Below, one piece after another: positions 18,408 to 28,531 of a stretch of 36,112 bases of DNA. Position 1 is the stretch's first letter; every line of letters starts with the position of its first letter. Position numbers and translations under genes: made by a program. Source of the stretch: Methylovirgula sp. (GTDB lineage Bacteria > Pseudomonadota > Alphaproteobacteria > Rhizobiales > Beijerinckiaceae); NCBI GenBank assembly GCA_030040215.1, contig JASHUD010000051.1, positions 1-36,112 of the forward strand. The letters run 5' to 3'. The notes under the pieces are model-generated. The model searched no databases and was not told the origin of the DNA. It saw only the letters and a list, made by a program, of their open reading frames with translations.

Positions 18408-19355
18408 ATGGCGAAGGCGTTTGTTTTTCCGGGGCAGGGATCGCAAGCCGTTGGCATGGGCAAAGCCTTGGCCGAGGCGTTCGCCGCGGCACGCCGGGTA
18501 TTCGAAGAGGTCGACGAAGCTTTGCAGCAGAGGCTTTCGACGCTGATGTTCGAAGGCCCGGAGGCAGAGCTCACCTTGACCGCCAACACGCAACCGGCGC
18601 TGATGGCCGTGAGCCTTGCGGCGCTGCGCGCGTTGGAAGCGGAAGCGGGCCTCGATTTGCGCCGCGATGCGGCCTTTGTCGCCGGCCATTCGCTCGGCGA
18701 ATATTCGGCGCTTGCCGCGGCCGGGTCCCTGACGATTGCCGATGCGGCGCGGCTGCTGCGCCGCCGGGGCGAAGCGATGCAGCGCGCCGTGCCCGTGGGC
18801 AAGGGCATGATGGCGGCGTTGATCGGCCTCGATTACGAGGCGGGCGCGGCCATCGCGGTGCAAGCGCAGCAGCAAACCCAGGCGATCTGCGCGGTCGCCA
18901 ACGACAACGGTGGCGGCCAAATCGTCATCTCCGGCGCGAAGCCGGCAGTCGAATGCGCGATCGAGCTTGCCAAAGCCAAAGGCGTGCGCCGCGCCATCCC
19001 GTTGGCGGTCTCGGCGCCGTTTCATTGCGCGCTGATGGCGCCGGCCGCGAAGGTCATGGCCGAGGCTTTGCGGGACGTCGAGATCAAAAGGCCGAAGGTA
19101 CCCTTGGTCGCCAACGTGCTTGCCGCGCCGGTCGAAGACCCGCTCGAGATCCGCGAACGGCTTGTCGAGCAAGTGACCGGCACGGTCCGCTGGCGCGAAA
19201 GCGTCGCCTTCATGGCCGGCCGCGGCGTCTCGGAATTCATCGAGCTGGGATCCGGCCAAGTCTTGACCGGCCTGTTGAAGCGCATCGTCGAGAAGGCGAC
19301 CGGCATTGCGGTCGGAACGCCGCACGAGGTTCAGGCTTACGAAGTCGCGGGTTGA
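18408..19355 (+). CDS. fabD: malonyl-CoA:ACP transacylase
   Basis: FVFPGQGSQ, GHSLGEY, VSAPFH, VRW. Confidence 0.97.
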   Translation: MAKAFVFPGQGSQAVGMGKALAEAFAAARRVFEEVDEALQQRLSTLMFEGPEAELTLTANTQPALMAVSLAALRALEAEAGLDLRRDAAFVAGHSLGEYSALAAAGSLTIADAARLLRRRGEAMQRAVPVGKGMMAALIGLDYEAGAAIAVQAQQQTQAICAVANDNGGGQIVISGAKPAVECAIELAKAKGVRRAIPLAVSAPFHCALMAPAAKVMAEALRDVEIKRPKVPLVANVLAAPVEDPLEIRERLVEQVTGTVRWRESVAFMAGRGVSEFIELGSGQVLTGLLKRIVEKATGIAVGTPHEVQAYEVAG

Positions 19356-19369
19356 ACGCACGAGGCGCA

Positions 19370-20110
19370 ATGATGCTCGAACTTTCCGGCAGGACGGCGC
19401 TCGTTACCGGCGCCAGCGGCGACATTGGCCGGGCGATCGCCCGCGCGTTGCACCGAAACGGCGCAAGCGTGGCGCTTTCCGGAACACGCAAAGACAAGCT
19501 CGGCGCGCTCGCCGGCGAATTGCGCGACAACGTGCACGTTCTACCTTGCGATCTTGCCGACCCGAACGCCGTCGAACAATTGGTGCCGGCGGCGGAAGCG
19601 GCCATGGGCCGCCTCGATATTCTCGTCAACAACGCCGGGTTGACGCGCGACAATCTGGCGTTGCGGATGAAGGACGAGGAATGGGATCTGGTGATCGCCG
19701 TCAATCTCACCGCCGGCTTTCGCTTGGCGCGCGCCGCGCTGAAGGGAATGGTCAAGCGCCGGTTCGGGCGGATCATCGGTATTACCTCGATCGTCGGCGT
19801 GGTGGGCAATCCGGGGCAGAGCAACTATGCGGCGTCGAAGGCTGGGATGATCGGCATGTGCAAAAGTCTGGCGGCGGAAGTCGCGACCCGCAACGTGACC
19901 GTAAACTGCGTGGCGCCGGGCGTGATCGAAAGCGCGATGACGGCGGCGCTCGACGAGCGGCAAAGATCGGAACTGCTCGCCAGGGTGCCGATGGGACGGC
20001 TCGGCACGCCCGAAGACGTCGCCGCGGCGGTCGTTTATCTGGCCAGCCCCGCGGCTGCTTACGTCACCGGCCAGAGCTTGCACGTGAATGGTGGAATGGC
20101 AATGATTTGA
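19370..20110 (+). CDS. fabG: 3-oxoacyl-ACP reductase
   Basis: NNAGLTRD, GNPGQSNYAASK, LHVNGGM; lies between fabD and acpP (start 19370 or 19373). Confidence 0.95.
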   Translation: MMLELSGRTALVTGASGDIGRAIARALHRNGASVALSGTRKDKLGALAGELRDNVHVLPCDLADPNAVEQLVPAAEAAMGRLDILVNNAGLTRDNLALRMKDEEWDLVIAVNLTAGFRLARAALKGMVKRRFGRIIGITSIVGVVGNPGQSNYAASKAGMIGMCKSLAAEVATRNVTVNCVAPGVIESAMTAALDERQRSELLARVPMGRLGTPEDVAAAVVYLASPAAAYVTGQSLHVNGGMAMI

Positions 20111-20312
20111 ACCGGCTAACGCGCGACGCGCGGTTGCGTCGCGGGTACTCGCCAACCCGTTTGAAGTATGTTACCACGCCAACATCAGTTGGCGGGTGGG
20201 TCCATCCTTGGGGACGGCGCGATGCGGCTTTGCGCGTTCCTCGCAAAGGCATTCAATCGGATCATCGAGGGACTGTCGGTGCGCATCGCAAGTGATCGCT
20301 GTCGAGGGCCAC

Positions 20313-20341
20313 TTGCACGCGCTCGGGATATAAGCTAGCGC
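20313..20341 (+). promoter_or_regulatory. putative sigma70 promoter of acpP
   Basis: TTGCAC-N17-TAGCGC. Confidence 0.45.
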
Positions 20342-20372
20342 CAGCACGGATAAGGACGAGGATCAAACGACC

Positions 20373-20612
20373 ATGAGCGATGTCGCCGAGCGCGTGAAGA
20401 AAATTGTCATCGAGCATCTCGGCGTCGACGCCGACAAAGTCACCGATGACGCAAATTTCATTGAAGATTTGGGGGCTGATTCGCTCGATACGGTCGAACT
20501 CGTGATGGCGTTCGAAGAAGAGTTCGGCGTCGAAATCCCCGACGATGCGGCAGAATCGATTGTTACCGTGGGCGACGCGATCCGATTTCTCGACAAGGCC
20601 ACGGCGAGCTGA
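20373..20612 (+). CDS. acpP: acyl carrier protein
   Basis: [20 protein letters not shown]. Confidence 0.98.
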   Translation: MSDVAERVKKIVIEHLGVDADKVTDDANFIEDLGADSLDTVELVMAFEEEFGVEIPDDAAESIVTVGDAIRFLDKATAS

Positions 20613-20798
20613 TCCAGTTTCCCGGAAGTAGCGGCGCCGCGACGCATGCACGGCGGCCTTGCGGTCGATAGCGCTCGCTTCTCGGTCTGAGCCATTACGC
20701 TCCATCTCGATGTCACATCGCGCGGATTGCAAACCCCGGGCGGGGGTGGAATAGATCGGCTCGATAATCGCGGCGCCGGGAGTAAAACGGGTCATTTG

Positions 20799-22064
20799 AT
20801 GCGCAGGGTGGTGATCACCGGTCTTGGCATGGTCTCGCCGCTCGCCTGCGGCGTCGACGCAAGCTGGGAGCGGCTGCTTGCCGGCCGCAGCGGGGCCGGC
20901 CCGATCCGCGGATTCGACGCGTCCGACCTCGCCTGCAAGATCGCCATGCAGGTGCCGCGCGGCGACGGCTCAAACGCGACGTTCGATCCCGATCGGTGGA
21001 TGGAGCCGAAAGATCAGCGCAAGGTCGACGATTACATCATCTATGCGGTCGCCGCGGCGACGCAGGCGCTCGACGACGCCGGCTGGCATCCGCGTACCGA
21101 GGAGGAGCGAATTAGGACCGGCGTGCTCATCGGCTCGGGCGTCGGCGGTCTCGGCGGCATCTCCGAGACTGCCGTGATCCTGCACGAGAAGGGTCCGCGG
21201 CGCGTCTCGCCGTTCTTCATTTCCGGACGCCTCATCAACCTCCCGAGCGGCTACGTGTCGATCATCCATGGCCTCAAGGGTCCGAACCACGCGGTGGCGA
21301 CGGCGTGCTCGACGGGCACGCACGCCATCGGCGACGCAGCGCGTCTTATCGGCCTCGAAGACGCCGACGTGATGGTGGCGGGCGGCGCCGAATCGGCGGT
21401 CAACCGTATCGGCATCGCCGGGTTCGCCGCCTGCCGCGCGTTATCGACGGCGTTCAACGACCGGCCGAAGCAAGCCTCGCGGCCCTACGACAGGGACCGC
21501 GACGGCTTCGTGATGGGCGATGGCGCCGGCTGCGTCATTCTCGAATCCTACGAAGGCGCCAAGGCGCGCGGCGCCAAGATCTATGCCGAGGTCGTCGGCT
21601 ATGGCATGTCCGGGGATGCCTTTCACATCACCGCTCCGGAGAGCAGCGGCGAGGGCGCCTCGCGCGCCATGCAGGCTGCGGTGAAACGGGCCGGCATCGC
21701 GCCGCAGGACATCGACTATATCAACGCGCACGGCACCTCGACGCCGCTCGGCGATGAGATCGAACTTGCGGCGGTGCAGCGGCTATTCGGCGACAAGGCC
21801 TCCGAGCGGCTCTCGATGTCCTCGACGAAATCGGCGATCGGCCATTTGCTCGGCGCGGCGGGGGCGGTCGAAGCGATCTTCTGCACGCTGGCAATTCGCG
21901 ATCAGATCGTGCCGCCCACTCTCAATCTCGATCATCCTTCGGTTGCGACACCCATTGACCTCGTACCGCATAAGGCCCGCAAGCGGCAGGTCGCGTTCGC
22001 ACTGTCGAATTCCTTCGGTTTCGGCGGGACGAACGCTTGTCTCGTCTTGCGGGCGCCCGATTGA
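20799..22064 (+). CDS. fabF: beta-ketoacyl-ACP synthase II
   Basis: MRRVVITGLG, TACSTG, NAHGTST, KSAIGHLLGAAG, SNSFGFGG. Confidence 0.97.
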   Translation: MRRVVITGLGMVSPLACGVDASWERLLAGRSGAGPIRGFDASDLACKIAMQVPRGDGSNATFDPDRWMEPKDQRKVDDYIIYAVAAATQALDDAGWHPRTEEERIRTGVLIGSGVGGLGGISETAVILHEKGPRRVSPFFISGRLINLPSGYVSIIHGLKGPNHAVATACSTGTHAIGDAARLIGLEDADVMVAGGAESAVNRIGIAGFAACRALSTAFNDRPKQASRPYDRDRDGFVMGDGAGCVILESYEGAKARGAKIYAEVVGYGMSGDAFHITAPESSGEGASRAMQAAVKRAGIAPQDIDYINAHGTSTPLGDEIELAAVQRLFGDKASERLSMSSTKSAIGHLLGAAGAVEAIFCTLAIRDQIVPPTLNLDHPSVATPIDLVPHKARKRQVAFALSNSFGFGGTNACLVLRAPD

Positions 22065-22218
22065 ACCGGGCCACGCTCGGGCCAGAATTCGCGCGCAAAC
22101 TGCCGGCGCATGCAAAGCTACGGGCGGCCGGAAAAAGCCACGATTTTGCCGCGCCGCGGTTTCGTGTACAAAGATCGCTTGCCTTTGAAAGCGCCGGCAC
22201 GGTGAGGTCATGGGAGGT

Positions 22219-23895
22219 ATGATTCAGAAAGAGGAACGCGCGGCGGGGCCGGAAACACCGGAGCCGGCGCGTTTTTTCAGCCGCCGCCCGAAATTGCAAA
22301 GTCCAAACGAGGCGCTGCAGCCCGAAACGCCGCCGCCGCCGCCTACGCCGCGCCATCGCCGCCCGGCGCTGTCGGCGCTTTCGGGCCTGTTGTCGTTTCT
22401 GCTGATCGCGGCGGTCGCCGGACTGTTCGGCGTCGTATGGGGCGCGCATCGTCTGCAAGAGCCGGGACCGCTCCCCGCCGACAAGGTGCTTTTCATCGCC
22501 CCGGGCACGGATCTGCCGGACATCATCGGCATGCTCGAGCAAGAACAGGTGATCAGCAGTCCATTGATCTTCAATCTGGCGCTGGTGATCGAGGGTGATC
22601 GCTCGCGCGTCAGGGCTGGGGAATATCTGTTCCGGCAAAGCGCCAGCATGCATGACGTGATCGATACGCTCGTCAACGGCAAACAGATCCTCCATTCGGT
22701 GACGATTCCCGAAGGCCTGACGAGCGAGCAAATCGTCGACCGTTTGCGCGCCAACGATCTTCTCATGGGCGATATTCGCGAAATTCCCAAAGAGGGCACG
22801 CTTCTGCCGGAGACGTATAAGGTTCCGCGCGGCATGGCGCGCGCCGATCTCATCCGGCGCATGCAAGAGGACCAGAAGCGGCTTGTCGAGCAGATCTGGG
22901 CGCGGCGGGCGAGTAACGTTCGGCTGCATTCGCCCTATGAACTCGTGACCTTGGCATCGATCGTCGAAAAGGAAACCGGCAAGGCGGAAGAACGGCCGCA
23001 CGTGGCCGCCGTCTTCCTCAATCGGCTGCAGAAACGAATGCGGCTGCAATCCGATCCGACCGTCGTCTATGGTCTAGTCGGCGGCAAGGGGACGCTCGGG
23101 CATCCAATCCAGAAATCGGAAGTCGAGGCGCCGTCGCCCTACAATACCTATCTGATCGACGGCTTGCCGCCTGGGCCGATCACCAATCCCGGCCGGGCTT
23201 CGCTCGAAGCGGTCGCCAACCCATCGCAATCCCAGGATCTCTATTTCGTCGCGGACGGAACCGGCGGCCACGTCTTCTCCGAGACGCTGGACGAGCATCA
23301 GCGCAACGTGGCGCGTTGGCGGCAGCTGGAGAAGGACAAGTCCGACGTCGACAAATATATTCCGCAGCCGCCGCCGCGTCCGGACCAGCGCGGAGAAAAC
23401 GATGGATCGGTATATGGCGCCTTGCCGGCGTCGGGAGAAGATTTGCCGCCGCTGCTTGGGATCGGCTCAGCCGCCGCGGCGGTCGCGGCGATCGCACCGA
23501 AGATGCCGGGCGCCGCCTCCGTCGGGGCCTCGGCGGCGGATTCCGTTGCCGCAACCCAATCGCAATCGGCGATCGCGGTAGGTCCGGGCCTCGACGATCT
23601 CGGGATCTCGGTACGCGGCGTCGGATCCGCCCGAGCCGCCGCCAACCTTCTCGATGGGCCCGTCGATCAAAGCAATGCGCCGGGTTCCGCGCCGCCGCAG
23701 GCGACCACGCAGGCGCCGCGGCAGGGTGCCGACCTCCTGGTCCCCCCGCCGCAGGCGGCACCGGACGCACCACAGAAGAAGCCAGGGAAGGGACCGAGCG
23801 TCGTCGACGTTTCCGAAGGAACCGCGCTCGATCCGCTTCTCAACACGACCTATGACCTCAATTACGCCAAGGACGTGCCGGCGGACGTGAAGTGA
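22219..23895 (+). CDS. mltG: endolytic transglycosylase MltG with long C-terminal extension
   Basis: TIPEG, LASIVEKET, RLQSDPT, SPYNTY..GLPPGPI, LYFVADG; GGAGG RBS. Confidence 0.94.
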   Translation: MIQKEERAAGPETPEPARFFSRRPKLQSPNEALQPETPPPPPTPRHRRPALSALSGLLSFLLIAAVAGLFGVVWGAHRLQEPGPLPADKVLFIAPGTDLPDIIGMLEQEQVISSPLIFNLALVIEGDRSRVRAGEYLFRQSASMHDVIDTLVNGKQILHSVTIPEGLTSEQIVDRLRANDLLMGDIREIPKEGTLLPETYKVPRGMARADLIRRMQEDQKRLVEQIWARRASNVRLHSPYELVTLASIVEKETGKAEERPHVAAVFLNRLQKRMRLQSDPTVVYGLVGGKGTLGHPIQKSEVEAPSPYNTYLIDGLPPGPITNPGRASLEAVANPSQSQDLYFVADGTGGHVFSETLDEHQRNVARWRQLEKDKSDVDKYIPQPPPRPDQRGENDGSVYGALPASGEDLPPLLGIGSAAAAVAAIAPKMPGAASVGASAADSVAATQSQSAIAVGPGLDDLGISVRGVGSARAAANLLDGPVDQSNAPGSAPPQATTQAPRQGADLLVPPPQAAPDAPQKKPGKGPSVVDVSEGTALDPLLNTTYDLNYAKDVPADVK

Positions 23896-23968
23896 TGTTG
23901 CGTGAGGTTGCAGGCAAAGCCGTTGCGGGGTGTGCCGCGATTCCGCCAACAGACCATTCGGGCTTCGA

Positions 23969-24850
23969 ATGACGATCGCCAGCATGACCGGCTTCGCGCG
24001 CGTCCCGGGAGTCACCGCGGGATTCCGCTGGGCCTGGGAGATCAAATCGGTCAATGCCAAAGGGCTCGATCTGCGGCTGCGGCTGCCGCCGGGATTCGAT
24101 GCGATCGAGACGGAAGCGCGCGCCCGCTTGGGTAGCAGCCTCGGCCGCGGCACGTGCTATGCCACGTTGACGGCGCAGCGCGAGGTGACCGTGCCGGAGG
24201 TGCGCGTCAACGAGGCGCTGCTGCGGCGGCTCGTTACTGCGTTGGCGGGCATAGAAGCCGCGCCGGGGTTGCGGCCGGCCTCCCTCGACGGACTGCTCGC
24301 GGTGCGCGGCGTGGTCGAAGTCCGCGAGGCGGACGACGCGGCAGAGTTGGCGCAAGCGCAGGAAGCGGCGCTTGCCGGCCTCGACGAAGCGATCGCGGCG
24401 CTTGTCGCCACGCGGCGGAGCGAAGGCGCGGCGCTCGCCGAGATCATCGCCGCGCGGCTCGCCAAAATTGCCGCTCTGCGCCGCGCCGCCGATGAGCTGC
24501 CGGGCCGCCAGCCCGGCGCGATCCGCGCCCGGCTCATGGAATCGATCGCCTTGATTGCCGGCAATTCCAATTTCGACGAAGCGAGACTCTATCAGGAGGC
24601 GTTGCTGCTCGCCGCCAAGGCCGACGTGCGCGAAGAGCTCGATCGGCTTGCCACGCATAGCGATGCGATGAACGGGCTCCTGCAGCGCGGCGGTCCGATC
24701 GGACGCCGCCTCGATTTTCTGGCGCAGGAGCTCGGCCGCGAAGCCAATACGCTCTGTGCGAAATCGAACGATACGGCGTTGACGGCGCTCGGGCTCGAGT
24801 TGCGCGTCGAAATCGAGCAGCTGCGCGAGCAGGTGCAGAACATCGAATGA
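23969..24850 (+). CDS. yicC: YicC/YloC family endoribonuclease
   Basis: SMTGFAR, EIKSVN, DVREELDRL, GRRLDFLAQELGREANTLCAKS, REQVQNIE. Confidence 0.93.
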   Translation: MTIASMTGFARVPGVTAGFRWAWEIKSVNAKGLDLRLRLPPGFDAIETEARARLGSSLGRGTCYATLTAQREVTVPEVRVNEALLRRLVTALAGIEAAPGLRPASLDGLLAVRGVVEVREADDAAELAQAQEAALAGLDEAIAALVATRRSEGAALAEIIAARLAKIAALRRAADELPGRQPGAIRARLMESIALIAGNSNFDEARLYQEALLLAAKADVREELDRLATHSDAMNGLLQRGGPIGRRLDFLAQELGREANTLCAKSNDTALTALGLELRVEIEQLREQVQNIE

Positions 24851-25515
24851 CGGCCATGACGCAGCGCGGCGAAAGCAAGGATGAAATGGGACGGCGCGGC
24901 CTGATGCTGATTTTGTCTTCGCCCTCCGGCGCCGGCAAGACAAGCCTGACGCGCATGCTCCTGCAAAAGACCGAGCTCGATCTTACTTTGTCGATCTCGG
25001 TGACCACACGGCCGCGCCGTTCGAGCGAGGTCGACGGAATCCACTATTCTTTCATTTCCAAGAAGCAGTTCGAAGCGATGCGCGACAACGGCGAATTGCT
25101 CGAATGGGCCGAGGTGCACGGCAATTTCTACGGAACGCCGCGCGAGCCCGTCGAACGGACGCTTGCGCAAGGCCGCGACGCGCTCTTCGACATCGATTAT
25201 CAGGGAACGCAGCAGTTGAAGGCCAAGAGCGGCGGCGATCTCGTCACGATCTTCATTCTGCCGCCCTCGATGCAGGAATTAAAGGCGCGGCTCGAGCGGC
25301 GCGCCGAGGATGACGATGTGGCGATCGCCAAACGGCTCGCCAACGCGCGCAACGAGATCGCCCGCTGGCGGCTCTACGATTACGTGCTCGTCAACGACGA
25401 CATTCAGCGCACGTTCGAAGATTTGGTTGCGATCCTCAAGGCCGAACGGCTGCGCGCCCCGCGGCAGAAACAGGGGATCGAGGAATTCGTCGAGAAATTG
25501 CTGAAGGAAGAGTAA
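24847..25515 (+). CDS. gmk: guanylate kinase
   Basis: SSPSGAGKT, SVTTRPRR..EVDG..Y, EWAEVHGNFYGT; start may be a later ATG. Confidence 0.96.
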   Translation: MTAMTQRGESKDEMGRRGLMLILSSPSGAGKTSLTRMLLQKTELDLTLSISVTTRPRRSSEVDGIHYSFISKKQFEAMRDNGELLEWAEVHGNFYGTPREPVERTLAQGRDALFDIDYQGTQQLKAKSGGDLVTIFILPPSMQELKARLERRAEDDDVAIAKRLANARNEIARWRLYDYVLVNDDIQRTFEDLVAILKAERLRAPRQKQGIEEFVEKLLKEE

Positions 25516-25525
25516 GACGTAACTT

Positions 25526-25630
25526 CCCCTCTCCCCGCTTGCGGGGAGAGGGTCAGGGTGAGGGGCGAGGTGATTTGCCACCGAAGCCAGTCTCCCAACT
25601 CGCTCCCCATTCGCTCATTGGGAGAGGGAG
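25526..25630. repeat. RIME/REP-like GC-rich palindromic element, second arm degenerate
   Basis: CCCTCTCCCCGC-TT-GCGGGGAGAGGG-TCAGGGTGAGGGG followed by a decayed arm ending GGGAGAGGGAG; lies between convergent gmk and rsmA. Confidence 0.78.
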
Positions 25631-26478
25631 TCGAATCGGATCTCCTTCAGCGCATTTGCCAGCGCGACGAAGCCTTCCACGGGAATTTCTTCCGCCCGTT
25701 TCGTCGGGTCGATCGCCGCGCGTTCGAGCAGCGCCAGAGGCTCGATGCCAAGCGTTTTCAAGCTCTGCCGCAGCATTTTGCGGCGCTGACCGAAGGCCGC
25801 CTCGGTGACTTCCGAAAGAAGGCTCGCTTCGCAAGGCAGGGGCGTCGCGCGGGGTAGCAGTTCGACGACGGAGGACGTGACTTTCGGCGGCGGCGTGAAA
25901 GCCGCGGACGGCACGTCGAACAGGATGTGGGTCGCCGCGCGCCAATTGGCGAGCACCGCGAGACGTCCGTAATCGGCGCGCGAAGCAGGCGTTGCGACGA
26001 TGCGCAGCGCCACCTCCCTCTGGAACATCAGCACGAGCCGGTCGAACCACGGCGGCCAAGGTTCGGACTGAAGCCACTTGGTAAGCAGCGCCGTAGCGAC
26101 GTTGTAGGGCAGGTTGGAGCAGATCCGCGCCGGACGGCGTCCGCCCACTAGCTCGCCGAGGTCGATGTCGAGTGCATCGCCGGCGACGATTTCGAGCCGC
26201 CCTCGCGCATGCGCTGCGATCTCTTCCAGCACGGCGAGGCAGCGCCGATCGCGCTCGATCGCGATCACTTGGGCTGCGCCTTCGGCAAGCAGCGCGCGCG
26301 TCAAGCCGCCGGGGCCGGCGCCGATTTCGACGATCGTCGCTCCGTCGAGCGGCCCCGCGGCGCGGGCGATCCGCGAAGTGAGGTTGAGATCGAAGAGAAA
26401 ATTCTGGCCGAACGATTTCTTCGCGACAAGCCGATGCGCGCCGACCACGTCGCGCAGCGGCGGCAGAGCGTCCTTCAC
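25615..26478 (-). CDS. rsmA: 16S rRNA m6,2A dimethyltransferase
   Basis: [37 protein letters not shown]; GTG start overlapping the pdxA stop. Confidence 0.96.
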   Translation of the reverse strand: MKDALPPLRDVVGAHRLVAKKSFGQNFLFDLNLTSRIARAAGPLDGATIVEIGAGPGGLTRALLAEGAAQVIAIERDRRCLAVLEEIAAHARGRLEIVAGDALDIDLGELVGGRRPARICSNLPYNVATALLTKWLQSEPWPPWFDRLVLMFQREVALRIVATPASRADYGRLAVLANWRAATHILFDVPSAAFTPPPKVTSSVVELLPRATPLPCEASLLSEVTEAAFGQRRKMLRQSLKTLGIEPLALLERAAIDPTKRAEEIPVEGFVALANALKEIRFDSLSQ

Positions 26479-27509
26479 GTCGCCGCGCCCGCTTTGACGG
26501 GCGCCAGCCGCGCGGCGAGGCGCAGCGCCGCGATCAGGCTCGTCGGATCGGCAATGCCTTCGGCGGCGATGTCGAAGGCGGTGCCGTGGTCGGGCGACGT
26601 GCGCACGAACGGCAAGCCCAGCGTTACGTTGACGGCGGTATCGAAGGCGAGCGTCTTGACGGGGATCAAGACCTGATCGTGATACATGCCGATTGCGACG
26701 TCGTAGCGCTTTCGCGCCGCCGCGTGGAACAGCGTGTCGGCCGGGTAGGGCCCGCGCGCGTCGATTCCACGGCGGTTGAGTTCGGCAACCGCCGGCGCAA
26801 TGATCGTCGCCTCCTCGCGGCCCATGTAACCGGCTTCGCCGGCGTGCGGGTTGAGCCCGGCGAAGGCAAGCCGCGGTTCGGCGGTATCGAAGCGAGTTTT
26901 CAGCTCCGCCGCCGCGATCTCTCCGGTTTCGACAAGAAGATCGAAATTCAAGCGTTCGGGCACCTCGGCAAGCGGCACATGGATGGTGACCGGCACCACG
27001 GCAAGCGCCGGCGACCAGAGCATCATTACCGGTCGCACTTTCAGGCCGAAGAAGCGCAGCGTCAATTCGCCGAGAAATTCGGTATGGCCCGGATGCTGGA
27101 ACCCGCCGCGTCGCAGAACTTCTTTGGCGATCGGATTGGTGACGAGCGCGTCGGCGGCGCCGGCGCGAATGAGCTCGACGCCAGTCGCAATCGACTCGAC
27201 CGTCGCAGCCGCGTCGGCGGCATCGGGGCGTCCCAAACCGCCCCTGGCGCGCTGCCGCAGCGGCAGAATCGGCAGGGCGCGCCGAAAGACCGCCGGCGCG
27301 CCGCCGGCCGCGATCGTTTCCATCGGAACCGGCAGATCGAAGCGGCGCGCCAGCCCAGCAAGATCGTCCGGATCGGCAATAACAAAAAACGTCGGCGCCG
27401 CTTCTTCCGCATGCAGGGCAAGCCACGACTTCAGGGCGAGCTCGGGGCCGATGCCGGAGGGATCACCACGCGTGAGCGCGAGCACGGGCCCGCGAAATTC
27501 TGCCGCCAT
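26475..27509 (-). CDS. pdxA: 4-hydroxythreonine-4-phosphate dehydrogenase
   Basis: [40 protein letters not shown]. Confidence 0.96.
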   Translation of the reverse strand: MAAEFRGPVLALTRGDPSGIGPELALKSWLALHAEEAAPTFFVIADPDDLAGLARRFDLPVPMETIAAGGAPAVFRRALPILPLRQRARGGLGRPDAADAAATVESIATGVELIRAGAADALVTNPIAKEVLRRGGFQHPGHTEFLGELTLRFFGLKVRPVMMLWSPALAVVPVTIHVPLAEVPERLNFDLLVETGEIAAAELKTRFDTAEPRLAFAGLNPHAGEAGYMGREEATIIAPAVAELNRRGIDARGPYPADTLFHAAARKRYDVAIGMYHDQVLIPVKTLAFDTAVNVTLGLPFVRTSPDHGTAFDIAAEGIADPTSLIAALRLAARLAPVKAGAAT

Positions 27510-28465
27510 TATTTCTTCACGACAACAACCGCGCGGGCGCGCATTTCCTTCAACCGCTTCGCGGCGTCGGCCTCCATTTCGGCCTCCAGCAACCTCTGCG
27601 AGATGGCGTTGCGCAAGGCGGTGTCGTCGTCCGAGGCGCCCTTGGCGCATACGGCAATCATTTCGATCCCGTCGGCGGTCCGCTCCGGCGGGGTCAAATG
27701 TCCGACCGGCGTCTTGTCGAGCAGGTCCTTTACGGAATCGCTGAGTTGCAAAGAGTTGCGGGTGAGCGGATCTTTGATCGCCACGTCATCCATTCCCTGG
27801 GCGAGGGGGATACCGCTGGCGCAATCCGTGAACCGTGTCCGCAGTTGTTCCGCCGCTTTCATTTTCTCTTCAAGATCCGTCGCCGTCGCGTTCGAACCGA
27901 ATACCGCAAAGATGATTTGCCGGAGTTGATAGTTGGTTCCCGCAGCGGCCTTGCCGCCGTCCTTGGCGAGCTCGGCGCGCACCTCCGTTTCGCTTGCATC
28001 GACGCCTTTGTTGTAGGCCTCGACGAGAAGAAGGAATTGGTATTCCGCCGCGAAATATTCCTTGAAATTCGACTCTAAAATTCCGGAGCTTTGCAGTTCC
28101 TCCAAAAAGGCCTGCGGCGCCATTTTCAGCTTGGCCGCGTCCTTACCGATCTGCTGGCCGATCTCAGTGTCGGAGGCTTTGATCTTGAATTCGGCGGTCT
28201 CATCGAGTTTCAGCTGATCGTCGATCATGCTCTCCAGGGCGGCATCATGCGTCGCCGGCTGGTGCAGAACGCGCAACAGCTTCATTCTCTCGTTGACGTC
28301 AATGTCGGTGATCGGATCGCCGTTCACCGTCGCGATGATCACCTGCGCACGCGCTTGCGAGCCAGGCAGGAAAGCGCATCCGACCGCGAACAGAAAACCG
28401 AGCGACAGAACCAGGGGGAACTGCGCCCAAAAGGCTTGGCGGCAGGATAAATCGGAACAAATCAT
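27509..28465 (-). CDS. surA: SurA-like periplasmic chaperone
   Basis: Signal peptide, IIATVNGDPITDIDV (SurA N-domain), C-terminal LKEMRARAVV; conserved lptD-surA-pdxA-rsmA order; start uncertain. Confidence 0.82.
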   Translation of the reverse strand: MICSDLSCRQAFWAQFPLVLSLGFLFAVGCAFLPGSQARAQVIIATVNGDPITDIDVNERMKLLRVLHQPATHDAALESMIDDQLKLDETAEFKIKASDTEIGQQIGKDAAKLKMAPQAFLEELQSSGILESNFKEYFAAEYQFLLLVEAYNKGVDASETEVRAELAKDGGKAAAGTNYQLRQIIFAVFGSNATATDLEEKMKAAEQLRTRFTDCASGIPLAQGMDDVAIKDPLTRNSLQLSDSVKDLLDKTPVGHLTPPERTADGIEMIAVCAKGASDDDTALRNAISQRLLEAEMEADAAKRLKEMRARAVVVVKK

Positions 28466-28531
28466 CGATGCCTTTCTCCTTACCGCTTTATTTCCCGACG
28501 GTATGGCATTTTGGTGGAGGCGAGACGCCGC

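Noticed and set aside
18317-20110. 597-aa ORF suggesting a long FabG fusion
   Set aside because: The N-terminal 351 codons are an alternate frame over fabD with Arg/Gly-rich nonsense composition; real fabG starts at 19370/19373
25615-27426. 603-aa ORF suggesting an extended RsmA
   Set aside because: The extension is an off-frame read of pdxA; RsmA homology begins at GTG 26478
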